DNA of 64,000 bases from an uncultured Spirochaetota bacterium (lineage in GTDB: Bacteria > Spirochaetota > Spirochaetia > SZUA-6 > Fen-1364), in NCBI GenBank assembly GCA_963745235.1, contig CAVUXE010000062.1, forward strand, positions 1 to 64,000, given 5' to 3'. A program made the translations under genes and the position numbers. This document shows, in pieces, positions 20,909-31,061 of the stretch (positions are counted from its first letter, which is position 1; each line of letters begins with the position of its first letter). Below the pieces are notes generated by a model. The model made no database searches. It saw only the letters and a program-made list of their open reading frames with translations, and was not told where the DNA came from.

Positions 20909-21227
20909 TGCCCTTCTCCTTGTCTCTCTCGAGTGTCTCTTTCAGCACTGCCAGTGCCTCGAGCCTTTTTTCCTCAAACTTCCTGATCCACCGTTCGTAA
21001 ACCGCCTGGAGCGGAACGGGGTTGAGGTAGTGAATCTTCTCCCTTCCCTTCCAGACGACGAGCACAAGCTCTGCCTTCTCGAGGACTGCCAGGTGCTTGG
21101 ACGCCGCCTGGCGGGACATCCTCAGGTTCGAGCAGAGCTCCCCAAGGGTCTGTCCATTATTCCTGTAGAGAGCATCCATCAGCTTGCGCCTGCCCGGGTT
21201 TGCCAGCGCCGAAAATGTCTTGTCCAA
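20901..21227 (-). CDS. ArsR/SmtB-family regulator
   Basis: F.ALANPGRRKLMDAL...MSRQAASKHLAVLE.A.LV...GREK.HYLNPVP. Likely TTG start at 21227. Confidence 0.92.
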   Translation of the reverse strand: MDKTFSALANPGRRKLMDALYRNNGQTLGELCSNLRMSRQAASKHLAVLEKAELVLVVWKGREKIHYLNPVPLQAVYERWIRKFEEKRLEALAVLKETLERDKEKGNG

Positions 21228-21237
21228 TGGCGATATT

Positions 21238-21257
21238 ATGCATCCTTTTGGTTGCAT
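21238..21257. promoter_or_regulatory. ArsR operator ATGCATCC-N4-GGTTGCAT inside a TTGACA-N16-CATAAT promoter
   Basis: Imperfect palindrome spanning the minus-strand promoter immediately upstream of arsR. Confidence 0.65.
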
Positions 21258-21297
21258 GTCAAGAGCTGTTTCAAAGGTTGGTCACGAGAGGAACTTG

Positions 21298-21323
21298 ACA
21301 GTTTAACTTGCAAGTTAAACTGT
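21298..21323. promoter_or_regulatory. perfect 26-bp palindrome, probable MarR operator
   Basis: ACAGTTTAACTTG|CAAGTTAAACTGT overlaps TTGACA/TTGCAA -35-like boxes and ends 18 nt upstream of marR. Confidence 0.75.
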
Positions 21324-21341
21324 TTATTGTATTGTCTCCCC

Positions 21342-21770
21342 ATGCCACGAAAGACCCTTGAAGCCGACCTGACCGATTTGGGCCACGCGGTCGGGCTGCT
21401 GCTGCGCCGACTGCGCGCTGCGGCCGGCTCACAAGAGCTTTCACTGAGCGAGGATGCAGTTCTGAAGCGTCTCTTCAGGGATGGGCCCGCAACGACGGCG
21501 GACCTTGCGCGCGCAGAGGGAATGAGGCCGCAGTCCATGGGAACCATCATCGCCGCACTCGAGCAAAGGGGCATGGTGGAGCGCAAGCCGCATCCCACCG
21601 ATGGCCGCCAGGTGAATATTGAGCTGACCGCCCGGGGAGCGGCCGTCCGGAAGATCGCAAGCGACGCAAAGCGGACATGGCTGGCTCAAGCTATCGCCCA
21701 CCTGGATGAAAGAGACCAGGAAACCTTGTTCGCTGCCGGCAGAATCATCACGCGCCTGGTGGAAAAGTAG
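21342..21770 (+). CDS. MarR-family regulator
   Basis: DLARAEGMRPQSMGTIIAALEQRGMVERKPHPTDGRQ (DxR motif). Confidence 0.93.
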   Translation: MPRKTLEADLTDLGHAVGLLLRRLRAAAGSQELSLSEDAVLKRLFRDGPATTADLARAEGMRPQSMGTIIAALEQRGMVERKPHPTDGRQVNIELTARGAAVRKIASDAKRTWLAQAIAHLDERDQETLFAAGRIITRLVEK

Positions 21771-21775
21771 TCACG

Positions 21776-22996
21776 ATGGTCATTTGGAAAAGAAACCTCA
21801 TCGTCTGCTGGTTCGGAATGTTCGTCACCGGCATAGGAATGAGTCAAATCGCTCCTGTGCTGCCTCTGTATATCAGGCTTCTTGGTGTTGCCAGTACCGG
21901 TCTCATTGAACAATTCTCTGGAATTGCTTTTGGTGTCACTTTCATAGTCTCAGCCATTTTCTCACCTGTCTGGGGACAAGCCGCCGACAGGTTTGGACGA
22001 AAGCCCATGCTCCTGCGGGCGAGCCTTGGCATGGGAGTAGTCATATTCGTCATGGGTTTTGCGCAGAATGTTTATGAGCTGATCGGGCTCAGGTTGCTGC
22101 AGGGAGTCATTACTGGCTACAGCACAGCGTGCACCACGTTGATCGCCACGCAGACGGACAGGGAACATGCGGGGTGGGCTCTGGGGACTCTTTCAACCGC
22201 AGGGATCGCCGGTTCCCTGCTCGGGCCGTTGATTGGCGGCTACTTCGGAGAGACCTTTGGCTTTCAAAGTATCTTCTTCATAACTGGTGCGCTGATGCTG
22301 GTTGTTTTCGGGACAACTGCTCTCTTCGTGAAGGAATCTTTTGTTCGGCAAGACAAGATGGTGCTTCGCGTCAGGGAAGTATGGAAGTCCGTCCCTGATA
22401 AAAGCCTGACTGTCACACTGTTTGTGACCTCCTTTGCTCTGGCCCTTTCCCTGTACTCCGTTGAACCGATAGTTACAGTCTATGTCACCCAGCTTTCCTC
22501 GGACACCACTCATATCGCGCTGCTTGCTGGGATGGTATTCTCCGCCGCGGGGCTGGCAAATATCCTCTCAGCGCCGCGATTGGGAAGGCTCTCCGATAGA
22601 ATAGGACCACAGAAAGTCATGGTGGTGGCAATTTTCGCGGCGGGGCTGATTTTCATACCGCAAGCCTTTGTCAGAAACCCATGGCAGCTCATGATGCTTC
22701 GCTTTCTCGCGGGTCTGGCGATGGGAGGATTGAATCCTGCCGTGAATGCGCTGGTGAAGATAATTACCCCCGATGCCCTGGCGGGCAGGGTGTTTGGTCT
22801 CAACGTCTCGGCACAGTACCTGGGTGTATTCGGTGGTGCGATCCTGGGAGGCCAGGTGGCGGCTTTCCTGGGAATCAGGTACGTGTTCTTCGTCACGAGC
22901 GCGGTGCTGTTGATCAACGGTGTGTGGGTCTATCTGAGAGTCCACAAGAAGCTCAGCGTAACTCCAACCCGTGGGGAGCAGCACGCTCTATCCTGA
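21776..22996 (+). CDS. DHA1 MFS efflux transporter (MdtG-like)
   Basis: WKRNL...WFG, SPVWGQAADRFGRKPMLLRASLGM; 12 TM segments. Confidence 0.93.
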   Translation: MVIWKRNLIVCWFGMFVTGIGMSQIAPVLPLYIRLLGVASTGLIEQFSGIAFGVTFIVSAIFSPVWGQAADRFGRKPMLLRASLGMGVVIFVMGFAQNVYELIGLRLLQGVITGYSTACTTLIATQTDREHAGWALGTLSTAGIAGSLLGPLIGGYFGETFGFQSIFFITGALMLVVFGTTALFVKESFVRQDKMVLRVREVWKSVPDKSLTVTLFVTSFALALSLYSVEPIVTVYVTQLSSDTTHIALLAGMVFSAAGLANILSAPRLGRLSDRIGPQKVMVVAIFAAGLIFIPQAFVRNPWQLMMLRFLAGLAMGGLNPAVNALVKIITPDALAGRVFGLNVSAQYLGVFGGAILGGQVAAFLGIRYVFFVTSAVLLINGVWVYLRVHKKLSVTPTRGEQHALS

Positions 22997-24413
22997 ACAC
23001 CACAGCATGCTCGCTCGCAAGCTCGGCCGGTGGGACGATCCTGAGCGCGTCAGGCTTGAGCTCCCACCGCACGGGGGCGGAGGATCCAAGCATGCGAACC
23101 GATTTGATCTCTGAGGGATAGACATTGGCCGCCACCGAGCTGATCACCACCTCCGCCTTCGGCGTGCCCATGCAGGTGGCATACAGCGAGTCATCGTGCG
23201 TTGTGAATCGAACGTCGCGCTCGGAATAGGCAATCCGCTGGTCCTCGTTGAAGGGTCCGCCGCGCTCCACCTTGGCTGGACCTTCGCCATAGACCACCCA
23301 CGGCGTCGTTTCGAAAATCGCCTCTCCATTGATAGCGAGCCATTTGCCCATTGCGCGAAGCAGTTGCTGTGCCTCCTCGGGGATCTGCCCGTTGGGCTTG
23401 GGGCCGACATTCAGCAGCAGGTGGCCGTTCTTGCTGACGTTGTCTACCAGATAGTGAATGAGCTCTGCCGGAGACTTGTAGCCGGTATCCCGCATGTACC
23501 CCCACCCTTGCCCGGCGTCCACGGTCGTGTCTGTCAGCCAGTCCTGGTAGGCCATCTCGCCGAAGCGCCCAAGCTCCAGGTCGATCAGGGCACTCCCGGG
23601 AACCAGGTTGTGCCACTTGTAGGTTGCAACGACTTCCTTCCGCTTGCCCTCGGCCCAGTTGTAGAATCGCGCAAGCATCTCCCTCTTGTAATGCTCCTGG
23701 AGGTATCCGATGCCGAAATCGAACCAGAGGAGCTCGGGCTCGTACCTTTCGATGACCTCGACCGTCTTGTCCAGCCATCGCCTGAGAAAGGCTTCGCTGG
23801 GCCGCTTCAACCTCGGCCAGAGCTTGGCGATATCCGCCTCCGCGTAGACTTCCCTCGGAAGCTCGTTGTCGTGCCCCTCCCCGTAGAGCCCGGCAAATTG
23901 CGGGTCAGCCGTATCGAACTCCTTCCTCCAGTGAGGAAAGAACCACCAGTTCTCCGCGTGATGAAGGGCCACCATGAAACGCATTCCTGCTGCTCTGATG
24001 GCCTTCTGGAGCTTCCCGACAACATCCTGCCTCGGTCCCATCTTCGCGGCGGTCCAGTCGGAGTAGCGGCTGTCCCACATGGCAAACCCGTCATGGTGCT
24101 CCCCCACGGGTCCGGCGAACCGGGCTCCCGCATCCCTGAACAGCTGTGCCCACTCGTCAGGATCGAACTTCTCACCGCGAAACTGGGGTATGAAATCCTT
24201 GTAGCCGAAGCGATCGGGCGGGCCGTACGTGCTGACATGGAACTCGTGCTGGGGAGTTCCCTCGCGGTACATGTTGTAGGGGTACCAGCTTACATTCGGG
24301 CCGCAGGCGGGGACGGAGTAGATCCCCCAGTGCGTGTATATGCCGAACTTCGCGTCGCGAAACCAACGTGGTGTTGGGTGATTGCGGAGCGAGCTCCATG
24401 AGGCTGTGTACAT
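22953..24413 (-). CDS. alpha-L-fucosidase (GH29)
   Basis: WFRDAKFGIYTHWGIYSVPA, EHHDGFAMWDS, LWFD nucleophile, VSKNGHLLLNVGP, NGEAIF.T.PW. Confidence 0.95.
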   Translation of the reverse strand: MYTASWSSLRNHPTPRWFRDAKFGIYTHWGIYSVPACGPNVSWYPYNMYREGTPQHEFHVSTYGPPDRFGYKDFIPQFRGEKFDPDEWAQLFRDAGARFAGPVGEHHDGFAMWDSRYSDWTAAKMGPRQDVVGKLQKAIRAAGMRFMVALHHAENWWFFPHWRKEFDTADPQFAGLYGEGHDNELPREVYAEADIAKLWPRLKRPSEAFLRRWLDKTVEVIERYEPELLWFDFGIGYLQEHYKREMLARFYNWAEGKRKEVVATYKWHNLVPGSALIDLELGRFGEMAYQDWLTDTTVDAGQGWGYMRDTGYKSPAELIHYLVDNVSKNGHLLLNVGPKPNGQIPEEAQQLLRAMGKWLAINGEAIFETTPWVVYGEGPAKVERGGPFNEDQRIAYSERDVRFTTHDDSLYATCMGTPKAEVVISSVAANVYPSEIKSVRMLGSSAPVRWELKPDALRIVPPAELASEHAVVFRIERAAPHGLELR

Positions 24414-24447
24414 CCGCGACCTCCTTCCCCAATTCGTAAATGATAAT

Positions 24448-24566
24448 TACTAACCAAGAATAGAAGTCGGCAAAAGCAGCGTCAAGTAACGAAAGAGTAA
24501 CGAAATTTCCTCTTGACGATACAAAACAAGGCTCAATAAATTAGGTTAGAAATGTATACTAACCAA
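24448..24566. promoter_or_regulatory. repeated TACTAACCAA boxes in the divergent promoter, probable ROK operator
   Basis: TACTAACCAA occurs at 24448 and 24557. The second copy forms an imperfect inverted repeat with TAGGTTAG at 24542. AT-rich intergenic region. Confidence 0.5.
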
Positions 24567-24667
24567 TCCCCTCTATTTCGCCTCTGCTCTACAGCTTCGA
24601 ACATATGCGCCGTTGGCGCATTTGAAAAAGCTCACGAACGTGTTTCATTCGTGAAGGAGGCTATTCG

Positions 24668-25988
24668 ATGAAGATATCTTTGGCAGCCATCGTCATCGCG
24701 ATGGGCGTTGTCCTTGCGGCATATGGAGGCGGTCAGTCGGAGCAAGCAAAGTCCAGTCAGCAGTACGTCATCCGCTTCATGATGCGCGACACGCCATCCA
24801 CCACTGCCGGGGTGACCCAGGTGGGCGACGTTTTCCAGCGCGGCATCGACAAATACGTCCAGGCGCATCCGAACGTCAAGGTCATGAACGAATCCATTTC
24901 GGATGACGCTTCCTACACCAACAAGCTGGCCACGGACATTGCCGCGGGGACTCCCCCCAATATCTTCAACTACCCCGGGATCGCCAATATCGTCGGATAC
25001 GCCAGGAACAAGGTCGTTCTTAATTTCGCTCCCTACCTGGCAGCAGACACAAAGTGGCGTGATGGCTTTGCGCCGGGAAGAGTGGAGATGTTCGACCTGA
25101 CCAGCTATGGCGTCCCAGGGGTCTACTCCATTCCATTTGCGGTCAACCCCGAGCCCTTCTATTACAACAAGGACCTCTTCGCGAAGGCGGGCATCACGGA
25201 CGCGCCCAAGACCTGGCCGGAGCTCCTTACCGATATCGACAAGCTGAACGCGGCTGGCATTACGCCCATTGGAATCGGCAATAAGAATACCTGGAGAGCC
25301 GGCCACCTGCATACGGGCATTTTTTACAAGTACGTCGGAGTCGAAGCTGCCGTGAAGCTGGGCCTGCGACAGATGAAATGGACGGACCCTGACGTCGTTG
25401 CCACTTTCCAGAAGCTTCTGGATCTGAAGGACCACAACGCCTTTGAGCCAGGATTCAACGGCGTGGATTACGATACAGAGTTCGCCGGCTTCATCCAGAA
25501 CAATTGGGCCATGGTCTACAATGGGCTATGGGCGCTGGCCAGGATCGAGCAGGAGATGGGAGGCGCCGCAAAAGTGGGAGTGTTCCTGATGCCCTCGTTC
25601 CCCGGCCGCCCGTTCGCCGACAACGATATTTCCTATCCGTCGCAGATGCTTGCCAGTGGAAGGCTCTCCAAGGATGCGGAGACCGCCACCGTGGACCTGG
25701 TCAAGTATCTCACCGGCCCTGAAGTCAGCCGGTTGGCTTGCGAATGACGCGAAGTCCAATCCTCCGCGGACGGATTTCATGGTCGATCCCGAGAAGGTAG
25801 GCAAGCTCTGGACCCAGATCCGCGGGCTCATGTCGACCATCAAGCGGACCGGCCACGACACGTTTGCTTACGACCCGCTCCCCGGCCTGGAGTTCTCCAT
25901 GAAAGACGAAATTGCGGGCATGCTGGGAGGTCAGCTCACCCCAGAGCAGGTGGGAACGGACATTCAGACCTTTATCAGCACCCATTAA
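24668..25988 (+). CDS. sugar ABC transporter substrate-binding protein, frameshift near 25730
   Basis: AYGGGQSEQ N-terminus, AAGTPPNIF, FYYNKDLFAKAGI, PKTWPEL. The C-terminus continues in the 25650..25988 frame. Confidence 0.9.
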
Positions 25989-26012
25989 CGACGGGCTCCT
26001 GGGATCAAGGCC

Positions 26013-26901
26013 ATGGTAGCGACGTACCGCAGGAGCACTCGGGTCATAGCGCTCTTTCTGGCGCCGTCTCTGTTGATCTATGGCGTGTTCCTTGTCATTC
26101 CCATCGTCGCAAGCCTGCTGCTGTCCTTCTACGACTGGCCCGGGATCCTGGGAGCCCCGTTTGATTTCACCGGATTCAAGAACTTCAGGATTGTCCTCAG
26201 TTACCCGCAGTTCTGGGAGTCCGTCCGTCACATCTTCTGGTGGATCATCCTCACCTTGCTCACGCAGATCCCGATTGGCTTTCTTCTTGCGAACCTTTTC
26301 ACTACCCGGTTTCGGGGCTACGCGATTGTCAAATCGATCGTATTTCTTCCCCAAGTAATCTCGGTGACTGCCATCGGGATGTTGTGGTACTTCATCCTCC
26401 AACCGCAGGGGGTCCTCAACGCGGCAATTGCCCTTCTCGGGGTCCCTCGAATATCGCGCGGCTGGCTGGCGGATGCGGGAACCGCAATGACCTCGGTCAT
26501 CCTGGTCAACACGTGGATCGGCATCGGGTTTCACATGACGGTGTTTTTTGCAGCAATATCGGGGATATCTGACAGCATCCTCGATGCGTGCAAGCTGGAT
26601 GGAGTCACGGGCTTTGCAAGGCTGATCAACATGACAATCCCTTTGACATGGAATGCGCTCAGGATTGCGATTGTCATCGCTATCACGCAATCCCTGCGCG
26701 CGTTCGACCTCGTGTTTGTCATGACCGAAGGGGGACCCAACGGGCTCACGCAAGTGCCAGCAACCCTGCTGTATCGGGAATCCTTTCGCTTCCAGAGGTT
26801 TGGCGTGGGGTCGACCATTCGGGCTGTTTATCCTGCTCATAAGCCTTGCCGTCACGCTTCTGAGCCTGCGGTTGTTGAGGCGGGAAAATGTGGAGTACTA
26901 G
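26013..26901 (+). CDS. carbohydrate ABC transporter permease, frameshift near 26820
   Basis: FLPQVIS, DACKLDG (EAA loop), FDLVFVMTEGGP. The shifted frame ends LLRRENVEY*. Confidence 0.92.
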
Positions 26902-27727
26902 GCTTGTGGTGCGGCGCGCCCTGATGTGGCTTTTCCTGGCGCTCCTTGTGGTTGTCTATCTATTCCCGTTGTACTTCGACCTCATCTCTTCGGTAAAATC
27001 GACAACGGAGATTTTCGCCAGGCCTTTCTCCCCAACGTCCAGCCCCCTGTTCTCCAACTACGGGGTTGCGCTTCGTACCGGCCACATCCACATCGCATTC
27101 CTCAACAGTCTTGTCATTTCCGCGGGAACTATTCTCATCACGGGCGCAGTAGCCTCCCTTGCCTCTTTTGTGCTGGCCAGGATGCTGTTTCGCCTGCAGA
27201 ATGCCATCTACGTCCTCTTCATCATGGGGCTGATGATTCCTGTCCAGGCCGTGATCATTCCCCTGACAATCGGCGTCACCGTTGCAGGGCTGAGGGGCAA
27301 CTTCTTCATCATCATGTTGATCTTCACGGCGCAATACCTGCCCCTGGCTGTTTTCATCCTCGTCGGCTTCATGAAATCCATTCCGACAGAGCTGGAAGAA
27401 GCAGCCTATGCTGACGGTGGAGGACACCTCACCATCTTCTTGAACGTCATCCTCCCGTTGAGCAAAGCCGCAATGTCCACAGTGACCATCTTTGTCTTTC
27501 TCTATTCCTGGAACGATCTCCTGGTCCCCCTTGTCTTCACGGTAGGGGAAACCCAACGAACCCTTTCGATCGGGCTCCTCTCCTTTTTTGGCGGAATGAC
27601 GGGGCAATCGAGCTACGGGGCCTTCATGGCCGCCGCCTTATTTGCGATTCTTCCTCCGATCGTTCTCTACCTTGCGGCCTCTGAAAGGGTACAGCAGGGA
27701 CTAACCGCGGGCGCCTTGAAGGGTTGA
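26888..27727 (+). CDS. carbohydrate ABC transporter permease
   Basis: IPTELEEAAYADG, WND, GLTAGALKG. Confidence 0.95.
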   Translation: MWSTRLVVRRALMWLFLALLVVVYLFPLYFDLISSVKSTTEIFARPFSPTSSPLFSNYGVALRTGHIHIAFLNSLVISAGTILITGAVASLASFVLARMLFRLQNAIYVLFIMGLMIPVQAVIIPLTIGVTVAGLRGNFFIIMLIFTAQYLPLAVFILVGFMKSIPTELEEAAYADGGGHLTIFLNVILPLSKAAMSTVTIFVFLYSWNDLLVPLVFTVGETQRTLSIGLLSFFGGMTGQSSYGAFMAAALFAILPPIVLYLAASERVQQGLTAGALKG

Positions 27728-27728
27728 A

Positions 27729-28907
27729 ATGGAAATACGAACAGGGGACCCCGAGCTGGCGAGGGAGATCAACAAGGCGCACGTTCTGAACCTGCTGCGC
27801 GGCCGGGAGATGATCAGCAGGGCTGACATAACCCGGGCTCTGCAGCTGAGCAAGGTGACGGTTTCCGCCGTTGTCAGCGAGCTCATCGAGGAAGGCCTGG
27901 TCAAAGAGATCGGGGAAGGGAACTCCCTTCCCAGCGGGGGAAGAAAGCCTCGGCTCCTCTCCCTGAATACGGATCAGAAGTATGTGATTGGAATCGATGT
28001 CGGCAAGACGAGCATCGTTTGCGCCATGAGCAACCTCCGAGGTGATCTTCTCACCGAGACGCGCACACCCACCGCAAAGGAATCAGAGGTTGAGAGTATT
28101 GTCGGCCAGGCGCAGTCCGTCGTTGAAGATGTGACCAGGCGATCGGGTGCGGCCAGGGAACGCATACTGGGCATTGGCCTCTCCGTGGCCGGAATCGTGG
28201 ATCGAAAGACCGGCTTCATCAAGTTCTCGCCTGATTTCGGATGGCAAAGCGTGCCTATCGCTTCCCTTCTGAGCCAGCGAAGCGGGTTCACCGTGGAGGC
28301 TGACAACTGCACGCGGGTCATGGCCCTGGGTGAAAAGTGGTATGGCGCCGCGCGCGGCGTCGCCAACGTCTTTTACGTGAACATCGGCTACGGCATTGGC
28401 TCTGCCTTCGTCATCAACGGCCAGATCTACAACAACAACAGCGAGTTTGGACACCTCTTCATCACGAAGGCCCCCGTGAAATGCGACTGCGGGAAGCAAG
28501 GCTGCCTGGAGGCAGTCTCCTCGGGACACGCAATCGAGAGGACCGCCAACGAGCAGAAGAAGAGCGCGGATTGGATCACCGCCAGCATGCTGGAGAAAAT
28601 GGCAAGGCAGGGAGACGCCCAGGCGCTCGCCATTTACGAATCCGCGGGCAAATACCTGGGACGCGCAATTTCGATCATCGCAAACGTTTTCAATCCGGAT
28701 AAGGTGATCCTGGGGGGAGGGGTGGCATTAGCCGGTGACCTCCTGCTTCGACCCATCCGACAGGAATACGAGAGCCACACCATGGAGGCAATCAAGTCAT
28801 CCACCGAGATCGAGGTTTCAGCGCTCGGGTTGGATGCCGGGGTCTACGGCGCGGTGGCGGTGGCTCTCAACCGGTTCGTGTTCAAGCCCGAGGTGATAAA
28901 CACGTAG
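27729..28907 (+). CDS. ROK-family transcriptional repressor
   Basis: N-terminal HTH (ISRADI...LSKVTVS), GGRKP, GIDVG, EFGH and CDCGKQGCLE. Confidence 0.95.
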   Translation: MEIRTGDPELAREINKAHVLNLLRGREMISRADITRALQLSKVTVSAVVSELIEEGLVKEIGEGNSLPSGGRKPRLLSLNTDQKYVIGIDVGKTSIVCAMSNLRGDLLTETRTPTAKESEVESIVGQAQSVVEDVTRRSGAARERILGIGLSVAGIVDRKTGFIKFSPDFGWQSVPIASLLSQRSGFTVEADNCTRVMALGEKWYGAARGVANVFYVNIGYGIGSAFVINGQIYNNNSEFGHLFITKAPVKCDCGKQGCLEAVSSGHAIERTANEQKKSADWITASMLEKMARQGDAQALAIYESAGKYLGRAISIIANVFNPDKVILGGGVALAGDLLLRPIRQEYESHTMEAIKSSTEIEVSALGLDAGVYGAVAVALNRFVFKPEVINT

Positions 28908-28952
28908 GGACGTCAATGGAGGGCTCGTTTTTCGCCCATCGAGAGTGGCACC

Positions 28953-29030
28953 CTGGTAACTTAGTCCTACTCCGCGCGCGCTGAATGGTAACTTCTCTCT
29001 ATTGAAGGATTCCAAATCGCTCCATCAGAA
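28953..29030 (+). repeat. conserved ~78-nt upstream element, copy 1
   Basis: Ungapped match to 30943..31020, 62/78 identical by manual count. Confidence 0.85.
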
Positions 29031-29090
29031 TGGGAATGCCCCTGGCAAGAGTGTTTTCGATGCCGTAGTTCCGCGAAACGGAGGTTGGCT

Positions 29091-30518
29091 ATGAAGATAC
29101 TCCTGGTCAAACCTGCCCACAACCCGGCTCTCTTTGCCCCCATGTGGGGAGACCCCTTGGAGCTGGAATATCTAGCGGCGGCCGTACCGGGCCACACAGT
29201 CGAGATCCTGGACATGAGAGTCGACAACAACCTCCAGGGGAAACTGGAGGCGTTCAGGCCACGCCTGGTGGGTGTGACAGCCAATACCTGCGACGTCCCC
29301 GTGGCCAGAGAAGTGCTTCGACAGGTCAGGAGCTTCGACAGCAGGATAGTCACGGCCGTTGGAGGGAATCACGCGACGTTCCTTCCGGTCGATTTTGCCG
29401 AACCAGCCGTGGACTTCATTTTCCTTGGCATGGCGGACATTTCCTTCAGGGATTTTGTGGACCGACTCGACGCGGGAAGAAATCCGAGGGACGTCTGCAA
29501 TCTGGCGCTGGTCCGCAACGGCGGACTGGAGTTTTCAGAGCCCAGGAAGTTCGATGTGGACCTCGACAGCCTTCCTTTTCCGGCGCGGCACCTGACGGCC
29601 AAATACCGAGGAAAATACCGGGACCTGACCGGGAACCGGACTGCCCAGGTGATGACCAGTCGGGGTTGCCCTTTTCGGTGCACCTTTTGTTCCTGCTGGA
29701 AGATAATGAATGGCACGTACCTTACGCGCAGCCCGGAGTCGATTGTCGAAGAGTTGGCTTCACTCGGTGAAGATGTCGATTCCGTCCAATTCGCGGATGA
29801 CAACACGCTCCACGATGTCGAGCGGGCCCACCGTCTTGCCCGGCTGATCAGGGAAAGAAGAATCGGGAAAAAACTGTCCCTGTATGCTCGGGCGGATCTC
29901 ATCGCCCGGCATCCTGACCTCATTGAAGCCTGGAAGGAAGCGGGTCTGGCTTACGTGACCGTGGGGGTCGAGTCATTCAGGGAAGACGAGCTCTCCCGGC
30001 TCAACAAGCGGACGTCGGTTGAGATCAACAACCAAGCTATCCGTATTCTCGGCAGGTTGAGGATCGGCAACGCCGCGCATTTCATTGTCAACCCCGAATA
30101 TACGGAGGACGATTTTCAGGCGCTTCTCCGCTATGTGTGCGAGAGCGGCCTTTTTCAGCCCACCTTCACCGTCCTGACCCCTCTTCCGGGGACAGACCTC
30201 TATCAAAGCGTCCATGATCGCCTGCTGATAAGGGATTACGCCTACTTCGACCTTGCCCATGCTGTGCTTCCAACCCGCCTGAGCCGAAAGGCCTTCTATG
30301 ATCAATTGGTCCGGCTCTACACGGCAACGTATTCATTTCAGCGCTATTTCCGTTCGCTTTTGGATGATCTGCTGTCCGGATTGAAGAAGGACGGGCAGCC
30401 TGTGGCGAGTGTAGACCGGCTTTCGTTTCTCAAGCTTTGCATCCTCCATGTCGTTGCGTATCCCCTGGCGCTCAAAATGAGAAGAATCTACAAGTCTGAG
30501 CCTCTTCAAGAGTCGTAG
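29091..30518 (+). CDS. cobalamin-dependent radical SAM methyltransferase (HpnR-like)
   Basis: B12-binding N-domain (PLELEYLAA, VGGNHAT), SRGCPFRCTFC, DDN, GVES, TPLPGT and an HpnR-like DY..FD..HAVLPTRL...FY tail. Confidence 0.9.
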   Translation: MKILLVKPAHNPALFAPMWGDPLELEYLAAAVPGHTVEILDMRVDNNLQGKLEAFRPRLVGVTANTCDVPVAREVLRQVRSFDSRIVTAVGGNHATFLPVDFAEPAVDFIFLGMADISFRDFVDRLDAGRNPRDVCNLALVRNGGLEFSEPRKFDVDLDSLPFPARHLTAKYRGKYRDLTGNRTAQVMTSRGCPFRCTFCSCWKIMNGTYLTRSPESIVEELASLGEDVDSVQFADDNTLHDVERAHRLARLIRERRIGKKLSLYARADLIARHPDLIEAWKEAGLAYVTVGVESFREDELSRLNKRTSVEINNQAIRILGRLRIGNAAHFIVNPEYTEDDFQALLRYVCESGLFQPTFTVLTPLPGTDLYQSVHDRLLIRDYAYFDLAHAVLPTRLSRKAFYDQLVRLYTATYSFQRYFRSLLDDLLSGLKKDGQPVASVDRLSFLKLCILHVVAYPLALKMRRIYKSEPLQES

Positions 30519-30550
30519 TTGCGCCTGGCCTGGGCACCGAAGGGGCACCT

Positions 30551-30937
30551 ATGAAAAGGGTGTTTGTCTTTCTTCTTCTTGCTCAATTGGCTCCCTCTCA
30601 ATTGGTCGACGCCCAATCGTTGGCAGGGGTATGGGTTTCTGAACATATTATTCTGGTGCTCGTCAACTTCAGCATCACATTCAATTCTGATATGAGCTAT
30701 GCCGTGGATTGTATTCTTGGAAAAGCAGTCGGAACCTATGCGACCGAAGACGGCAAGATTCTCTTTACTCCCACGAAAAGCGACATCAACAATGCAAAGG
30801 CAAATGATATAGGAGGCATCAATATCTATGCGTACGAGTTCACAGACGAAAGCACACTCCATCTCAGCAGTGGGTGGGTCAGCATAATACTCTTAAGGAA
30901 AGAAGTGTACGAAAACAGGCTGAAAGGGCAGAAGTGA
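30551..30937 (+). CDS. hypothetical secreted protein
   Basis: Signal peptide followed by LAGVW and a beta-rich, lipocalin-like composition. Confidence 0.6.
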   Translation: MKRVFVFLLLAQLAPSQLVDAQSLAGVWVSEHIILVLVNFSITFNSDMSYAVDCILGKAVGTYATEDGKILFTPTKSDINNAKANDIGGINIYAYEFTDESTLHLSSGWVSIILLRKEVYENRLKGQK

Positions 30938-30942
30938 CCGCA

Positions 30943-31020
30943 CTGGTAACATAGTCCTACTCCCTGCCTCCCAAATGAGAAGTTCTCTCTATTGAAGGAT
31001 TTCTCAACGCTCCCTCAGAA
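30943..31020 (+). repeat. conserved ~78-nt upstream element, copy 2
   Basis: Matches 28953..29030 at an exact offset of 1990 nt. Confidence 0.85.
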
Positions 31021-31061
31021 ATTCTAATGCACGCCAGGGCATCTGTCCCGAGGAGGAAAAG

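Noticed and set aside
28908-29090. Cobalamin riboswitch upstream of the B12 radical SAM gene
   Set aside because: A GGGAA is present, but there is no GCCACTG/B12-box or the expected stems.
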